Below are positions 10,616-21,313 of a stretch of DNA of 64,000 nucleotides, piece after piece; within the stretch, counting starts at the first letter, position 1; each line of letters starts with the position of its first letter. This stretch comes from Halobacteriovoraceae bacterium (GTDB taxonomy: Bacteria > Bdellovibrionota > Bacteriovoracia > Bacteriovoracales > Bacteriovoracaceae). The position numbers and the translations under genes are program-made. Where the stretch lies: positions 800,001 through 864,000 of the forward strand of contig CAVRCF010000001.1 of assembly GCA_963719505.1 (NCBI GenBank). The letters are read 5' to 3'. Below the pieces are notes generated by a model. The model did no database searches and was not told the origin of the DNA. It saw only the letters and a list, made by a program, of their open reading frames with translations.

Positions 10616-11800
10616 TCTTTTTAAATATAAGTAGGCTTTGATGTTGTGACGTTTTAAAAAACGAGCAACTTTCCCTTTAAAAACTTTAAAGTATTTGCGC
10701 ATTAGGCTTTCTCTTGGAGAGTTTGAGCTGTACCACGCCAAGTGAATCTGATTCATCTGTCCTATTGTTTTTTGTTTTTCCTTATTAACGATAAAATTCT
10801 GGAACACTTGATCCCAAAACTCTTGAGAAGATTCTTTCCAATTGGGCCATGCTTGAGCTGTAGCTATAGCTCCCTTTTTGAGATCCAGTAGCTTATCTTT
10901 ATTGTCTTTGAGACCGTTTATTGCAGATATAACGCCTCGTTCATCATTGGTTTTAATTACAATTCCATTTATTCCGTCTTCTATATATTCATCGTGTCCG
11001 GATACATCATAAACAATAGATGTTCCTCCGCAGTGAAACATTTCAAGGGGGGGACCAAACATTCCTTCGACATAGCTGAGCTTTACTAGGACATCGCATG
11101 CTCCATATATTTCAGGAGTCTTTGTGATTGGAACTTGGCTAAAGACTCTATCAACTCCTGGAAGCGATTTGACTTCCGTGCTTGTCAGGAGCCAAATCTC
11201 ATCAGCATTTGAATCAATTGCAAGCTTTATTGTTTTTTCAACATTTTTAAAAGGAACGTGTAATGGACCTTCTATTAAAACTCGAAGTTTATTATCTGAT
11301 CTGAGCGAGAGGCTCTCTTTATAAATATCTTTTCTTATGCCATTTTTTGCAAGGGATACTTGGTGTCCATATTTGTCTTCCAAATAATCTTTTATCCAAG
11401 TAGCCTCAGTGATATAGTTGACGGGTAGAAAGTAAGTAGATTCAACAAAGCTTTGAAGATTGACATCACTGTCAGGGTAAAATTTCGACTCTATAGATTG
11501 AACAAAGTAACCGTAACTATCCGCTTGAATCTTGTGTATATCGAGAGAAGTTTTCCACCAAGTTGCAAAGCAGTAGTTAAAGTTGATACTCGCTGCTTCA
11601 TCAAATGTGATCCAGTTAAGTGTTTTTGCTTCGGGGTGCCAATCGAGACTGCCTTCTTCTATTGTATCCAAAGTGATCATTGTAATACGGTGTCCAAGTG
11701 CTTTGGCGTGTAACGCATGTTGGAAAATCACATACATACCACCCGAGATGCAGGGGGGTCCCATTAGAAAAGCAATATCTCTAGAATCAGCCATCATCAA
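10604..11800 (-). CDS. Glycosyltransferase family 4
   Basis: SGGMYVI, FATWW, YFVQSIE and LSYVEGMFGPPLEMFHCG motifs. Confidence 0.85.
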   Translation of the reverse strand: MMMADSRDIAFLMGPPCISGGMYVIFQHALHAKALGHRITMITLDTIEEGSLDWHPEAKTLNWITFDEAASINFNYCFATWWKTSLDIHKIQADSYGYFVQSIESKFYPDSDVNLQSFVESTYFLPVNYITEATWIKDYLEDKYGHQVSLAKNGIRKDIYKESLSLRSDNKLRVLIEGPLHVPFKNVEKTIKLAIDSNADEIWLLTSTEVKSLPGVDRVFSQVPITKTPEIYGACDVLVKLSYVEGMFGPPLEMFHCGGTSIVYDVSGHDEYIEDGINGIVIKTNDERGVISAINGLKDNKDKLLDLKKGAIATAQAWPNWKESSQEFWDQVFQNFIVNKEKQKTIGQMNQIHLAWYSSNSPRESLMRKYFKVFKGKVARFLKRHNIKAYLYLKRLLG

Positions 11801-11943
11801 CCTTTAGTTAAATAGTCTAATTATAGTGAGTTGAGACTAAAATGTGTACCTAAAACTTAAATATGTTGATAAGAAAGTACGCAGAAGTTAATATGTTGGC
11901 AATGAGCTTCAGATAATGATGCTGCATGTAACGGAGAATCGGA

Positions 11944-13350
11944 TTGATAATGGTGGACTTGAGAGAGTATAAGAGGAAAGCTAAGTTTATAGCCTCCAAA
12001 AATGATACTATCTTCAAAATTTCGAAGTTTGCTTATCATATTTTGCTCAAGGTGAAGTCTCGCCTAAAAGTGAGAAGAAATCTTCGTCTGATAAAAGAGT
12101 ACTTCTTTTCAATAATTTCTGTTTTAAAGCGTATAAAATACAAAGTTAAAAATTCTTTTTATGATAAAGACTTTATCAAATTAAATGAGTCGCCTTTTAA
12201 GTTTTGCGATCCGCATACACAAATATCAAAAAAAACTCACCATGAAATTTTAGATTACTATGAAAAAAATAAATACAGATCAAGAGAGCATACGTTTCGT
12301 AAGTATGGGAAAAAGATAAGGTTCAGGGCCAAAGATATTTCTTCTGAAAACATAGACATATTAGTGTTTCCTGATTATCGGCTAAATAATCCTTACCAAA
12401 AGGACTTATATCTTTTTAATGAAACAACAAAGTATATAAATACTGTCGATGCACTTAAAAATTTCTTGGAAAAAAGAGGATCAGAGAAAAAAGTATTACA
12501 CCTTCACTGGACCTCAAATATTCTTAGAGAACTCGGTTTTGAGAGATTTAAGAAAAGCTTAGATCTTTTTCTTTCTCGGGGTGGGAAGGTTGTCTGGTTT
12601 GTACACAATCTTTACCCTCACGACTCTCAAGATAAATCGGAAGAGAAAAAACTGAGGCTATATATATCTGAGATTTCTTCTAAAGTTGTTGTTTTGGCTG
12701 AAGCTTCAAAGAATAAGGTTATAGATGAATTTCATTGCGACCCAAGCAAGATGACTGTGATCCCTCATCCCAACTATGCTCGTCATTACAACTACCCAGA
12801 TCTAGACTTTTCTGTAAGAGGAAAACAAAACTCTGGAAGAACGAAACTTCTTATAATGGGTTCTATTAAAAAGTATAAGGGAATAAAAGAATTTTTGGAT
12901 GCTTTTGTTTCCTCTGAAGTCATGTCCAAGTTGTGTAGTTTAACAATTGTTGGAAATGCTGATGATGAAACTTATCGACGAGAATTGATGAATTATGGAG
13001 ATGCCTTTAATGTTCATTTTGATTTGCGAATGCTCTCTGATTATGACTTAGCATCCTATCTTAATGAGTGTGACTTCGTTGTTCAAAATTACCTTTGCAC
13101 CCTAAACTCTGGGGTAACCCTCTTGGCACTCTCAAAAAATCGTCCCGTCTTATGTTTGAAGAATGACTCATTCGACTTTCTAATAGAAAATGGAGAGAAT
13201 GGTTTCAAATACGGAAACTTTAGCGAATTAGAAAGTGAGATGGCCAGTCTAGTTAAAAACAAAGAAAAACTAAAACAGAAATCCTTTAAATCTGTTGAGA
13301 TGTACGATTGTGTTCCTCTCTCTCAGCTTAGAGATACTTTAAAGTTGTAA
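11944..13350 (+). CDS. GT-B glycosyltransferase with a basic N-terminal extension
   Basis: NNPYQ, LHLHW, HNLYPH, GSIKKYKG and LNSGVTLLALS motifs; start may be ATG 11950. Confidence 0.75.
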   Translation: MIMVDLREYKRKAKFIASKNDTIFKISKFAYHILLKVKSRLKVRRNLRLIKEYFFSIISVLKRIKYKVKNSFYDKDFIKLNESPFKFCDPHTQISKKTHHEILDYYEKNKYRSREHTFRKYGKKIRFRAKDISSENIDILVFPDYRLNNPYQKDLYLFNETTKYINTVDALKNFLEKRGSEKKVLHLHWTSNILRELGFERFKKSLDLFLSRGGKVVWFVHNLYPHDSQDKSEEKKLRLYISEISSKVVVLAEASKNKVIDEFHCDPSKMTVIPHPNYARHYNYPDLDFSVRGKQNSGRTKLLIMGSIKKYKGIKEFLDAFVSSEVMSKLCSLTIVGNADDETYRRELMNYGDAFNVHFDLRMLSDYDLASYLNECDFVVQNYLCTLNSGVTLLALSKNRPVLCLKNDSFDFLIENGENGFKYGNFSELESEMASLVKNKEKLKQKSFKSVEMYDCVPLSQLRDTLKL

Positions 13351-13355
13351 CAATT

Positions 13356-14453
13356 ATGAATGAGAAACAAAAAAAAATCTTTGTGACGAGACCTTTTCTT
13401 CCGGCTAGAAAAGAGTATGAAAAGATCTTAGATAGGGTTTGGGATTCATCCTATTTAACAAACTTTGGTCCAATCCTAACAGAGCTAGAAAAAGAAATAA
13501 AGACATACACTGGTGTAGAAAACCTAACGGTATCGAATGGAACCTTTGCATTAAACTTGGCTTACGAATTATTAAAGCTTAAGGGAAAGAAGGTATTAAC
13601 AACACCTTTCTCTTTTATTGCAACGGCATCAACTTTGGCTTGGGATCGGATCGATTTTGACTTCGTAGATATAGATGAGCAAACATACAACATTGATCCG
13701 GTAAAATTAGAGATTCGACTACAAGAAGACGCATCTATTTCGGCAATCGTGGCAACTCATGTGTTTGGTAATCCATGCGACGTAAAAAGAATTGCGGAGA
13801 TCGCAAAGAAATATGATGTGAAAATCATTTATGATGCTGCTCATAGTTTTGGAGTTAAAATTGATGGTGTATCAATCTTTAAATATGGTGATTTAAGTAC
13901 TTGTTCGTACCATGCTACAAAAATCTTTCATACTGTTGAGGGTGGAGCTGTCTTTTCAAATAGTCCAGAGGTTATTCTTAAATTGAAACAGCTCTCAAAC
14001 TTTGGTTATAATCCTAAAGCTGTAATAACTGAAGTAGGTATTAATACAAAGGTTTCTGAGTTCCACGCCTCTATGGGGCTTGCTAATATTAAGCATATTT
14101 CCAACTTGATTGATGAAAGACTTGATATTATAGGTACCTATAAGAGAGAGTTATCTGAGTTAGGTACATTCCAAAAAATAGATGAGAGTGTCAGCTGGAA
14201 TGGGGCATATATGCCAATTTTACTTCCAAGCTCAGCTCATGTTGAAAAGCTTTTTGTGACTTTAGAAGAAAACTTTATTTATCCCAGAAGGTACTTCTAT
14301 CCTAGTTTAGATGAACTTGGAATTTTTAGTGATAAAAGCGCTTGTCCTGTGTCGAGGAATATTGCTTCAAGGATAGTTTGCTTACCTCTGTTTAATAATA
14401 TGAACAAAGATGATCTAAAAAATATAATTGAGTTAATAAAGGTGAGCCAGTGA
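13356..14453 (+). CDS. DegT/DnrJ/EryC1/StrS aminotransferase, VioA-like (dTDP-4-amino-4,6-dideoxyhexose synthesis)
   Basis: IFVTRPFLP, YDAAHSFG, SYHATKIFHTVEGGA and RRYFYP motifs. Confidence 0.88.
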   Translation: MNEKQKKIFVTRPFLPARKEYEKILDRVWDSSYLTNFGPILTELEKEIKTYTGVENLTVSNGTFALNLAYELLKLKGKKVLTTPFSFIATASTLAWDRIDFDFVDIDEQTYNIDPVKLEIRLQEDASISAIVATHVFGNPCDVKRIAEIAKKYDVKIIYDAAHSFGVKIDGVSIFKYGDLSTCSYHATKIFHTVEGGAVFSNSPEVILKLKQLSNFGYNPKAVITEVGINTKVSEFHASMGLANIKHISNLIDERLDIIGTYKRELSELGTFQKIDESVSWNGAYMPILLPSSAHVEKLFVTLEENFIYPRRYFYPSLDELGIFSDKSACPVSRNIASRIVCLPLFNNMNKDDLKNIIELIKVSQ

Positions 14454-15061
14454 AGAAGGTAATAATTTTAGGAGCTGGTGGCTTCGCCAGAGAATTACAT
14501 TCATGGATTGATAATGTTGAAGGAGTCGAACTCGTGGGATTTTATGCCGATGTAGATTCAGATAAGAAGCTTAACGATTATAATATCTATTCCGACCTTA
14601 GTGGGCTTAAAGATACAAAGTATGTTCTAGGTGTTGGCGACGTTAATTTAAGACAAAAGTTTGCAGAAATTGCAGAGTCGCAAGGGCTTTCCGCGTGCGA
14701 TCCCTTAGTTCATCCTTCCGTTGTTTTAGGAAAAAATAATAGCCTTGCACAAGGAGTTGTTTTAACTCCCGGATGCATTGTTACAACAAATGTGACACTT
14801 GAAAAAAATGTTATGATTAATATTGGATCCACAGTTGGACACGATTGTACTATCGGGGAGCTTAGTGTCCTTTCTCCTGGGTGCCGAGTCTCAGGAAATG
14901 TGGAGGTCGGTAAGAGATGTGATCTTGGAACAGGATGTTCTATAAGACCAAAGATACATATAGTAAATGATGTCGTGGTGGGGATGAACGCTGCAGTTGT
15001 ATCTAATCTTAATGAAAGCGGTGTCTATATTGGCATTCCCGCCAAAAAGTTAAGCAGGTAA
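14450..15061 (+). CDS. Sugar N/O-acyltransferase (NeuD/PglD family, left-handed beta-helix)
   Basis: ILGAGGFARE, TVGHDC, hexapeptide repeats and GIPAK. Confidence 0.88.
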   Translation: MKKVIILGAGGFARELHSWIDNVEGVELVGFYADVDSDKKLNDYNIYSDLSGLKDTKYVLGVGDVNLRQKFAEIAESQGLSACDPLVHPSVVLGKNNSLAQGVVLTPGCIVTTNVTLEKNVMINIGSTVGHDCTIGELSVLSPGCRVSGNVEVGKRCDLGTGCSIRPKIHIVNDVVVGMNAAVVSNLNESGVYIGIPAKKLSR

Positions 15062-15065
15062 GTGA

Positions 15066-16190
15066 GTGCTTAAAATACTTCACATTGTTAAAGATGAAAA
15101 GTTTGTAGATCTTGCAGGTGATTTATTTGAGACAGCTTACCCTGGACAGAACGAATTCTGGTCTTTTCAATCGAGCAAAGACTTTAAATATATTAAAAGA
15201 ACTAAGATTATACAAAGATCACTTCTTTCACTTTTCTCTCTATCATTAAAACAAAAAGTTCAAAAATTTGATTTAATTATTATTCATTGGTTAGGGCCTG
15301 TTGCTTGTATCTTTGTCAATCGATTTTCATTCAAGCCAATAAGTTGGATTGGCTGGGGTGGAGACTATTATGAATTTACGGATATTAAGCTATTAGATGA
15401 TAAGTCGGAAAAATTTGAGAAAGAAATCAAAACGATTTTTTCGTTTTATTATTTGCAAGAAACTGTAAAACAATTAACCTTTTTTACATTAAATCAAATT
15501 GGTTGGGGAAAGAAAAATTCCATTAGAAAAATAAAAACTTTTGCGCCTGTTCTAGAAAATGAGTATTCAAGGGTTAAAAGTTCTTTTGATAAGAGTTACT
15601 TTCCTGAATTTGTCGATTGGAATTATGGGTCTCTAGAAAGACACTTGATCGTTGGTGTTGAAAACAAAGTTGTCAGTGGTGAAAATTTACTTCTTGGAAA
15701 TAGTGCGACCTTAACCAATAACCATCTTACAGCTTTTGATGTGATCAAAGAGGAAAAAACAAGTTTTAACAAATTGATAATACCTTTGAGTTACGGAAAT
15801 GATGTCTATAAAAAAACGATTTCTGACCTTTTTAAAAAAGAGCTAGGAGAGAAGTTTGAATCACTAGACCGATTTATGCCAGTTGATGAGTATTTTCAAA
15901 TAATTCTAAGCTGTAGAATAGTGGTCATGAATCATACTAGGCAGCAGGGGTATGGAAATATTATCGTGGCACTATATTTGGGAGCTTCAGTATATCTAAA
16001 CGATAAAAATCCACTATATGAATATTTAAAAAATAAAGGGTTCAATATATTTAAAATTGAGGACCTCGGTCAAAGCAATACAATCTCTGACGAAATGATT
16101 GAGATCCATAGAGCCTTACTTTCTTCTATTTTTTCAGAAAGTCAGATGCTTTCAAAAACAAAAAACCTTGTTGAGAAGACTTTGACATGA
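15066..16190 (+). CDS. WecF-like (GT56) 4-acetamido-sugar transferase
   Basis: WIGWGGDYY, LLGNSATLTNNHL, IPLSYG and MNHTRQQGYGNI motifs. Confidence 0.8.
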   Translation: MLKILHIVKDEKFVDLAGDLFETAYPGQNEFWSFQSSKDFKYIKRTKIIQRSLLSLFSLSLKQKVQKFDLIIIHWLGPVACIFVNRFSFKPISWIGWGGDYYEFTDIKLLDDKSEKFEKEIKTIFSFYYLQETVKQLTFFTLNQIGWGKKNSIRKIKTFAPVLENEYSRVKSSFDKSYFPEFVDWNYGSLERHLIVGVENKVVSGENLLLGNSATLTNNHLTAFDVIKEEKTSFNKLIIPLSYGNDVYKKTISDLFKKELGEKFESLDRFMPVDEYFQIILSCRIVVMNHTRQQGYGNIIVALYLGASVYLNDKNPLYEYLKNKGFNIFKIEDLGQSNTISDEMIEIHRALLSSIFSESQMLSKTKNLVEKTLT

Positions 16191-17632
16191 CTAAACAGCT
16201 AAACGATTCGACATTAAAAGGTATCAGATGGACCACCTTTTCTAGTGTCATAACAGCATTTCTTCACTTATCTCAAATTATTATTCTCTCAAGATTTCTA
16301 ACTAAATCAGAGTTTGGATTAGCTTCTTTATCAATAGTGGTTTTAGGATTTGCTCAAACGTTCGTGGATATGGGGTTTTCAAACGCGATCATTCATAAGC
16401 AGAACTCAAGTGAGTCTCAACTAGGTACTCTTTATTGGATGAATTTCATAGCCGGTATCATAGTTGCAAACATAATATACTTTTCATCTGGCTCTATAGC
16501 GTCGTTCTACAACGAACCTGGTATGGTACCTTTGCTGAAGGTTATTTCGATATGCTTTGTAATTATACCTTTAGGTTTGCAGTTTAAGGTTCTATTCCAA
16601 AGAGACTTGAGGTTTAATTTACTTGCAATACAAGAAACGATCGGTGCTTTGTTTGGTTTTGTGGCAGCTCTGTACTTTGCTATAAATAATTATGGCGCAT
16701 TCAGCATTGTAAATGGCTATCTTTTTAATATTTTGATTACAAATTTTCTATTCCTTACATATGGAGTAAGAAAATACCCTGTAAAACTTGTCTTTAAATT
16801 ATCAGAAGTAAAAGAGTATATAAGATTTGGCATGTTTCAAACTGGTGAAAAGACTATCAATTATTTTAACACTCAGTTTGATGTGATGATTATCGGAAAG
16901 ATTCTTGGAGCTGAAACCGTGGGGGTTTACTCGATTTCAAAACAGCTAGTTTTAAGGCCAGCTCAGGTTATAAACCCTATTGTCACGAGAGTTTCATTTC
17001 CAGTAATGTCAATTCTCCAAAATGATTTAATCCGAATTAAATCAATTTATATGAAAACAATTAATTTTTTGTCATCTGTAAACTTTCCAATCTATCTTGG
17101 AATATTTCTTCTTTCAGAAGAGATAGTACTTCTTTTATTTGGTGAGAATTGGACTCAGGCCATCTCTGTCGTAAAGATTCTTTCCTTATATGCTGCCCTT
17201 CGTTCAACAATTAATCCCATCGGTTCATTGACTCTTGCAATGGGAAGGGTCGATATAGGCTTCTTTTGGAACTTAATTGTTTTTTTTACTCTTCCATTTG
17301 CTGTTTATATTGGGACATTCTTTGGACTCGACGGTGTTTGTTTTGCGTTAGTCATTTACATCCTTCTACTCTTTATCCCTAACTGGCGATTCCAAGTGAG
17401 TGTTTTATGTGGCGCTGGTTTTAGAGAATATCATTTAGAGATTCTGAAGCCTCTTGTATTGACCTTGATTGCTTCTATAGCTCCAATAATATCTCTCTAT
17501 TTTATTGATAATTTATATGTGAGGATTTTAGCAGTATCAATTTTGGGAACAGTATCAGCGGGTATCGTTAATTATTTATTTAACAAGCCTTTTTACAACA
17601 TGATAAAAAAACTTATAAAAAGTACTTCCTAA
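16187..17632 (+). CDS. wzx: Wzx/WzxC-like MOP flippase
   Basis: Many hydrophobic segments; ILSRFLTKSEFG, DMGFSNAII and DVMIIGKILG motifs. Confidence 0.9.
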   Translation: MTKQLNDSTLKGIRWTTFSSVITAFLHLSQIIILSRFLTKSEFGLASLSIVVLGFAQTFVDMGFSNAIIHKQNSSESQLGTLYWMNFIAGIIVANIIYFSSGSIASFYNEPGMVPLLKVISICFVIIPLGLQFKVLFQRDLRFNLLAIQETIGALFGFVAALYFAINNYGAFSIVNGYLFNILITNFLFLTYGVRKYPVKLVFKLSEVKEYIRFGMFQTGEKTINYFNTQFDVMIIGKILGAETVGVYSISKQLVLRPAQVINPIVTRVSFPVMSILQNDLIRIKSIYMKTINFLSSVNFPIYLGIFLLSEEIVLLLFGENWTQAISVVKILSLYAALRSTINPIGSLTLAMGRVDIGFFWNLIVFFTLPFAVYIGTFFGLDGVCFALVIYILLLFIPNWRFQVSVLCGAGFREYHLEILKPLVLTLIASIAPIISLYFIDNLYVRILAVSILGTVSAGIVNYLFNKPFYNMIKKLIKSTS

Positions 17633-18371
17633 TCCCATGAATAGCATAGCGAAAAAAGTAATAAGCTGATTTTATAAATCCTAGTTTAAACTCATCTCGA
17701 TACAATCCCCATTGAATAACGGCCATTTTCTTTTTATCTGAAGATAAAGAGTCACCGCCAAATATTCTATAACAGCTAAGTTTCTCGTTTAACCCTATAG
17801 CTTCTCTACAAGCTAAAATTGCATCATACCAAAATAAATAATCTTGCCTTCGACGAAGGTGTTCCTTAAACCTGATAGAGTTTAAATCTAATAGGCTTTT
17901 TGAGATCATGATGGAGCTCGTAGCAAAAGGGTTGAACTTTAAAAGATCAGTCGCAGTGTATTTTTGATCGAGAAGTTGCTCTTTTAAGACTTTTCCTTCT
18001 GCGTCAATTGTCCAGTAGTCGTGGTAGGTGAATTCACTTCCTGTTTGCTCCATAAAAGAGATCTGTTTTTGAAGTTTTTGAGATTCCCAAAGATCGTCTA
18101 CATCTAAAAATGCCACGAAATCACCAGTTGCATGGTCTAAGCTTACATTTCTCGTTTTTGCGGCACCGGAGTTTTTCTCATTTTTAATGAGTTTTACTCT
18201 TTGGTCATTTTCCCTTAGTTTCTCAATGATTTCGACAGAGCCGTCAGTTGAGCAGTCATCTGTAATGACCCATTCCCAATTTGAGAAAGTTTGACTCTTA
18301 AGGCTATCATAAGTCTCAGGGATGAACTTTTCAGCATTGAAGCAAGGCGTAATTATCGATACTTTTTTCAT
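17613..18371 (-). CDS. Glycosyltransferase family 2 (TuaG-like)
   Basis: VSIITPCFN, DDCSTDGS, FLDVDDLW and RQDY motifs. Confidence 0.9.
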   Translation of the reverse strand: MKKVSIITPCFNAEKFIPETYDSLKSQTFSNWEWVITDDCSTDGSVEIIEKLRENDQRVKLIKNEKNSGAAKTRNVSLDHATGDFVAFLDVDDLWESQKLQKQISFMEQTGSEFTYHDYWTIDAEGKVLKEQLLDQKYTATDLLKFNPFATSSIMISKSLLDLNSIRFKEHLRRRQDYLFWYDAILACREAIGLNEKLSCYRIFGGDSLSSDKKKMAVIQWGLYRDEFKLGFIKSAYYFFRYAIHGIRKYFL

Positions 18372-18440
18372 GTAAACTTCACTCTTTTTTTAGTATAGTC
18401 CCATGATATTTCAAATGAACTATATTGGTAAGGAAATGTT

Positions 18441-19730
18441 TTGAGACGTCGTGTTAAGTCCATTGATTATACCCAAAGAGTTGTAGACCTTTTTATTGTC
18501 TACATCTCGTGGATGTGCGCTTATTTTCTAAGGTTTGAAAATGAAAGTCTGTTTTCTTGGTACGCAAATTACGGCGTGCTTTTGTTTTTAATCTCTTTAC
18601 TCGTTTTTAAAAACTCAAAACTCTACGATGCTCTAAGGTTAACTAATACCTCTAAATTGGCCAGTGCACAGATTAGGGCCAATGCAATATCTCTTGTCGC
18701 TTTCTTAGTAGTGGCTTTCTTTATGTCTCATCACAGAGTTTCAAGAGTGATGCTTGTTGTGTACTTTGCTCTTTCCACATCTCTTCTCGTTTTGAGTAAA
18801 ATTTATTTTAGAAAAGTCATGAACTCAATTAAGCAGAGGATTCTTGTTATTGGAAACGGAGAGCCCGCTAAGAAATATGTTAAAAATATTGAAGAGTATA
18901 AAAATATAGAGATTGTTAATTGGATAGACTCTGTAGAAAGTGTTGATGCCAGTGAGATTGAAAAACTTGAACTCGATGATATCGTGGTGGGTTTTGATGC
19001 TGAGAATGTTAAAGACCAAAAAGAGGTTCTCACAAGACTTTCGGAGTCTATGGTTCCTATTATCGTGCTCCCAGATGTGAGCTTTGCAAAAGTGGGCTAC
19101 ACCATGAGCGATTTTAAGGGGCAACCTTTAATTTATCTCAATGAGCCCAACATAAAGCATTCGGGATTGATCCTCAAAAGACTTTTTGATTTTACCGCTA
19201 CCGTTATAGGTGTGTTTTTAATTTCTCCCATTCTACTTTTTATAGCCGCAGCTATAAAGCTCACAAGCAAAGGCCCAGTTCTTTATCATCAAGTGAGAAT
19301 GGGCGTAGACGGAAAAGAGTTTAAGATGTGGAAGTTTCGCTCCATGGTTACCGGTGAAGCGAATCACGGTGGCTGGACAGTAGAAAATGATCCAAGGGTA
19401 ACAAAGATCGGTCGCATCATTAGAAAAACGAATATAGATGAACTTCCTCAACTTTGGAATGTTATAAAAGGCGACATGAGCCTAGTGGGTCCAAGACCAG
19501 AGAGGCCTCAGTACGTCGATAAATTTAGAACTGAGATCCCAGGCTATATGATTCGCCATAAGTTTAAAGCAGGTGTGACTGGTTGGGCTCAAGTTAACGG
19601 TTGGAGAGGAGATACATCCATTCCCAAAAGAATTGAATGTGATCTTTGGTATATTAAAAACTGGAGTTTCTCTTTGGATATCTCGATTCTTTTTATGACC
19701 TTTTTTAAAGGAAATAAAAATGCTTACTAG
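18441..19730 (+). CDS. Undecaprenyl-phosphate glucose phosphotransferase (WcaJ/CpsE family)
   Basis: N-terminal TM helices; KFRSM, DELPQLWNV..GDMSLVGPRPERP and GVTGWAQVNG motifs. Confidence 0.92.
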   Translation: MRRRVKSIDYTQRVVDLFIVYISWMCAYFLRFENESLFSWYANYGVLLFLISLLVFKNSKLYDALRLTNTSKLASAQIRANAISLVAFLVVAFFMSHHRVSRVMLVVYFALSTSLLVLSKIYFRKVMNSIKQRILVIGNGEPAKKYVKNIEEYKNIEIVNWIDSVESVDASEIEKLELDDIVVGFDAENVKDQKEVLTRLSESMVPIIVLPDVSFAKVGYTMSDFKGQPLIYLNEPNIKHSGLILKRLFDFTATVIGVFLISPILLFIAAAIKLTSKGPVLYHQVRMGVDGKEFKMWKFRSMVTGEANHGGWTVENDPRVTKIGRIIRKTNIDELPQLWNVIKGDMSLVGPRPERPQYVDKFRTEIPGYMIRHKFKAGVTGWAQVNGWRGDTSIPKRIECDLWYIKNWSFSLDISILFMTFFKGNKNAY

Positions 19731-20949
19731 CTCTCAAGATAAAACTTTTAAATGGATTATGTGGGCGCTTATGTTTTTGAGTGTGGGCTTTTTATCGAGT
19801 CCAACGATTGTAAGTGTGTACCATATACTCATAGTCATCCCTATGTTTATAGCGATTAAGCGAGCGGATTCATTTCGTATTCCTAAAAGCGGATGGTTTT
19901 TAATAGCCCTCACGGTTTGGGGATTAGTTTGTAATTTTGTAAACTTAGATGAGCTTGTCAAGGTGAGAAAAAGTTTTGATGAATTAAAGTTTTATCTTCT
20001 TGGCCCTCTTTTGATTTATCCTCTTAAGTATTTCTTTGATAGGGCGACGCCTTTTCAGGTGAAAAGAATGTTAAATGCCTTGTACCTCGTTATTATTGTA
20101 GCCCTCATCGTTGGCTGCACCAAAGCTTTTTTTGGCTTCAATCTTTTAAAGATGGAATTTGGTGACTTTAAAAATCGCTCGGATGGCCTGACGAATTATA
20201 TGCGTTACGGCTATGCATCAGCTTTTCTTTTTGTTTTGGGCTCAGGTTTTGTCCTTAAGAGGAAGGAACTTCAAAAGATTTTTAATCCAAGATTCTTTTA
20301 TATCGCTCTTTCACTTTGTTTCTTTGCTGTTCTTGCAGCTAAGACTCGTGGAGCGCTTCTTGGAATTATCGTTGGATGTTCATTTTTAATGCTTAAATTT
20401 AAACCAAAGCTTGGTAAGGTCTTGGTGGGGTTTGGAGCCTTCTTTATTGCAGTCGTTATATTTATCTCCTTTACAGGAATCAAAACCAACTCGAGATTTT
20501 TTAATATCAAAGATGGCTCTAATAAAAAGAGAATGAGCCAGTTCTATACTGCTGTAAAATCAATTGGGGAAAAGCCAGTCTTTGGACTTGGAGCTTCTCA
20601 GTTTTCTTATCACGTTACAAAACTAAAGATAAAGTACGATATATGGTCGAAAGAGTATTCCGGGCATTCTCATAATATCTTTCTTGAACATGCAGCAAAT
20701 TATGGGATTCCAGGTCTTATTTTATTCTTGGGCTTCTTAGCCTTTTGGGGGATGGAGCTTTTTCAAAGAGGAGACTTTGGATGGGTTCTTTTATCTTATC
20801 TTGTGGCCTTTACCGTCTCTGGTCAGGTAGAAAATCTATTTGATAATACGAATTCACATTTATTATTTTTTATATATCCATTGAGCTTTATTAAATTTAA
20901 AGACTACTCGAAGAACTTAGATAAATTTAAAACGAGCCAAAAGATATAA
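19720..20949 (+). CDS. O-antigen ligase/Wzy_C-family membrane protein
   Basis: Polytopic; TRGALLG, PVFGLG and HSHNIFLE motifs. Confidence 0.85.
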   Translation: MLTSSQDKTFKWIMWALMFLSVGFLSSPTIVSVYHILIVIPMFIAIKRADSFRIPKSGWFLIALTVWGLVCNFVNLDELVKVRKSFDELKFYLLGPLLIYPLKYFFDRATPFQVKRMLNALYLVIIVALIVGCTKAFFGFNLLKMEFGDFKNRSDGLTNYMRYGYASAFLFVLGSGFVLKRKELQKIFNPRFFYIALSLCFFAVLAAKTRGALLGIIVGCSFLMLKFKPKLGKVLVGFGAFFIAVVIFISFTGIKTNSRFFNIKDGSNKKRMSQFYTAVKSIGEKPVFGLGASQFSYHVTKLKIKYDIWSKEYSGHSHNIFLEHAANYGIPGLILFLGFLAFWGMELFQRGDFGWVLLSYLVAFTVSGQVENLFDNTNSHLLFFIYPLSFIKFKDYSKNLDKFKTSQKI

Positions 20950-21049
20950 TCATTTATACCTTGGTCTCAGATTAACTAACATATTTTCAATAGTTTAGCT
21001 GCATCAGCTTCATATTTTACTTGCATAAGACTCCATAAGGAGATGACTT

Positions 21050-21313
21050 ATGCCGGCAATATCAATGTTTTTTGGAATTATTATCAAAATGTATTATCGT
21101 GAACACAATCCACCTCATCTCCATGCTTACTATCAAGGATTTGAAGCAAGCTTTAGCATAGTTACAGGAGATAAAATTATAGGGAATTTTCCTATAAAAG
21201 CTGATAGAATTGTTTCCGATTGGATACAAGTGTATAAAGTCGAGTTAAGTAATAATTGGGAGTTAATGAGAGACAGTAAACCTCTTCTTCGTATCCCTGG
21301 AGCTGACCAATGA
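21050..21313 (+). CDS. DUF4160 protein (putative HicA-like TA toxin)
   Basis: MPAISMFFGIIIKMYYREHNPPHLHAYY signature. Confidence 0.85.
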   Translation: MPAISMFFGIIIKMYYREHNPPHLHAYYQGFEASFSIVTGDKIIGNFPIKADRIVSDWIQVYKVELSNNWELMRDSKPLLRIPGADQ

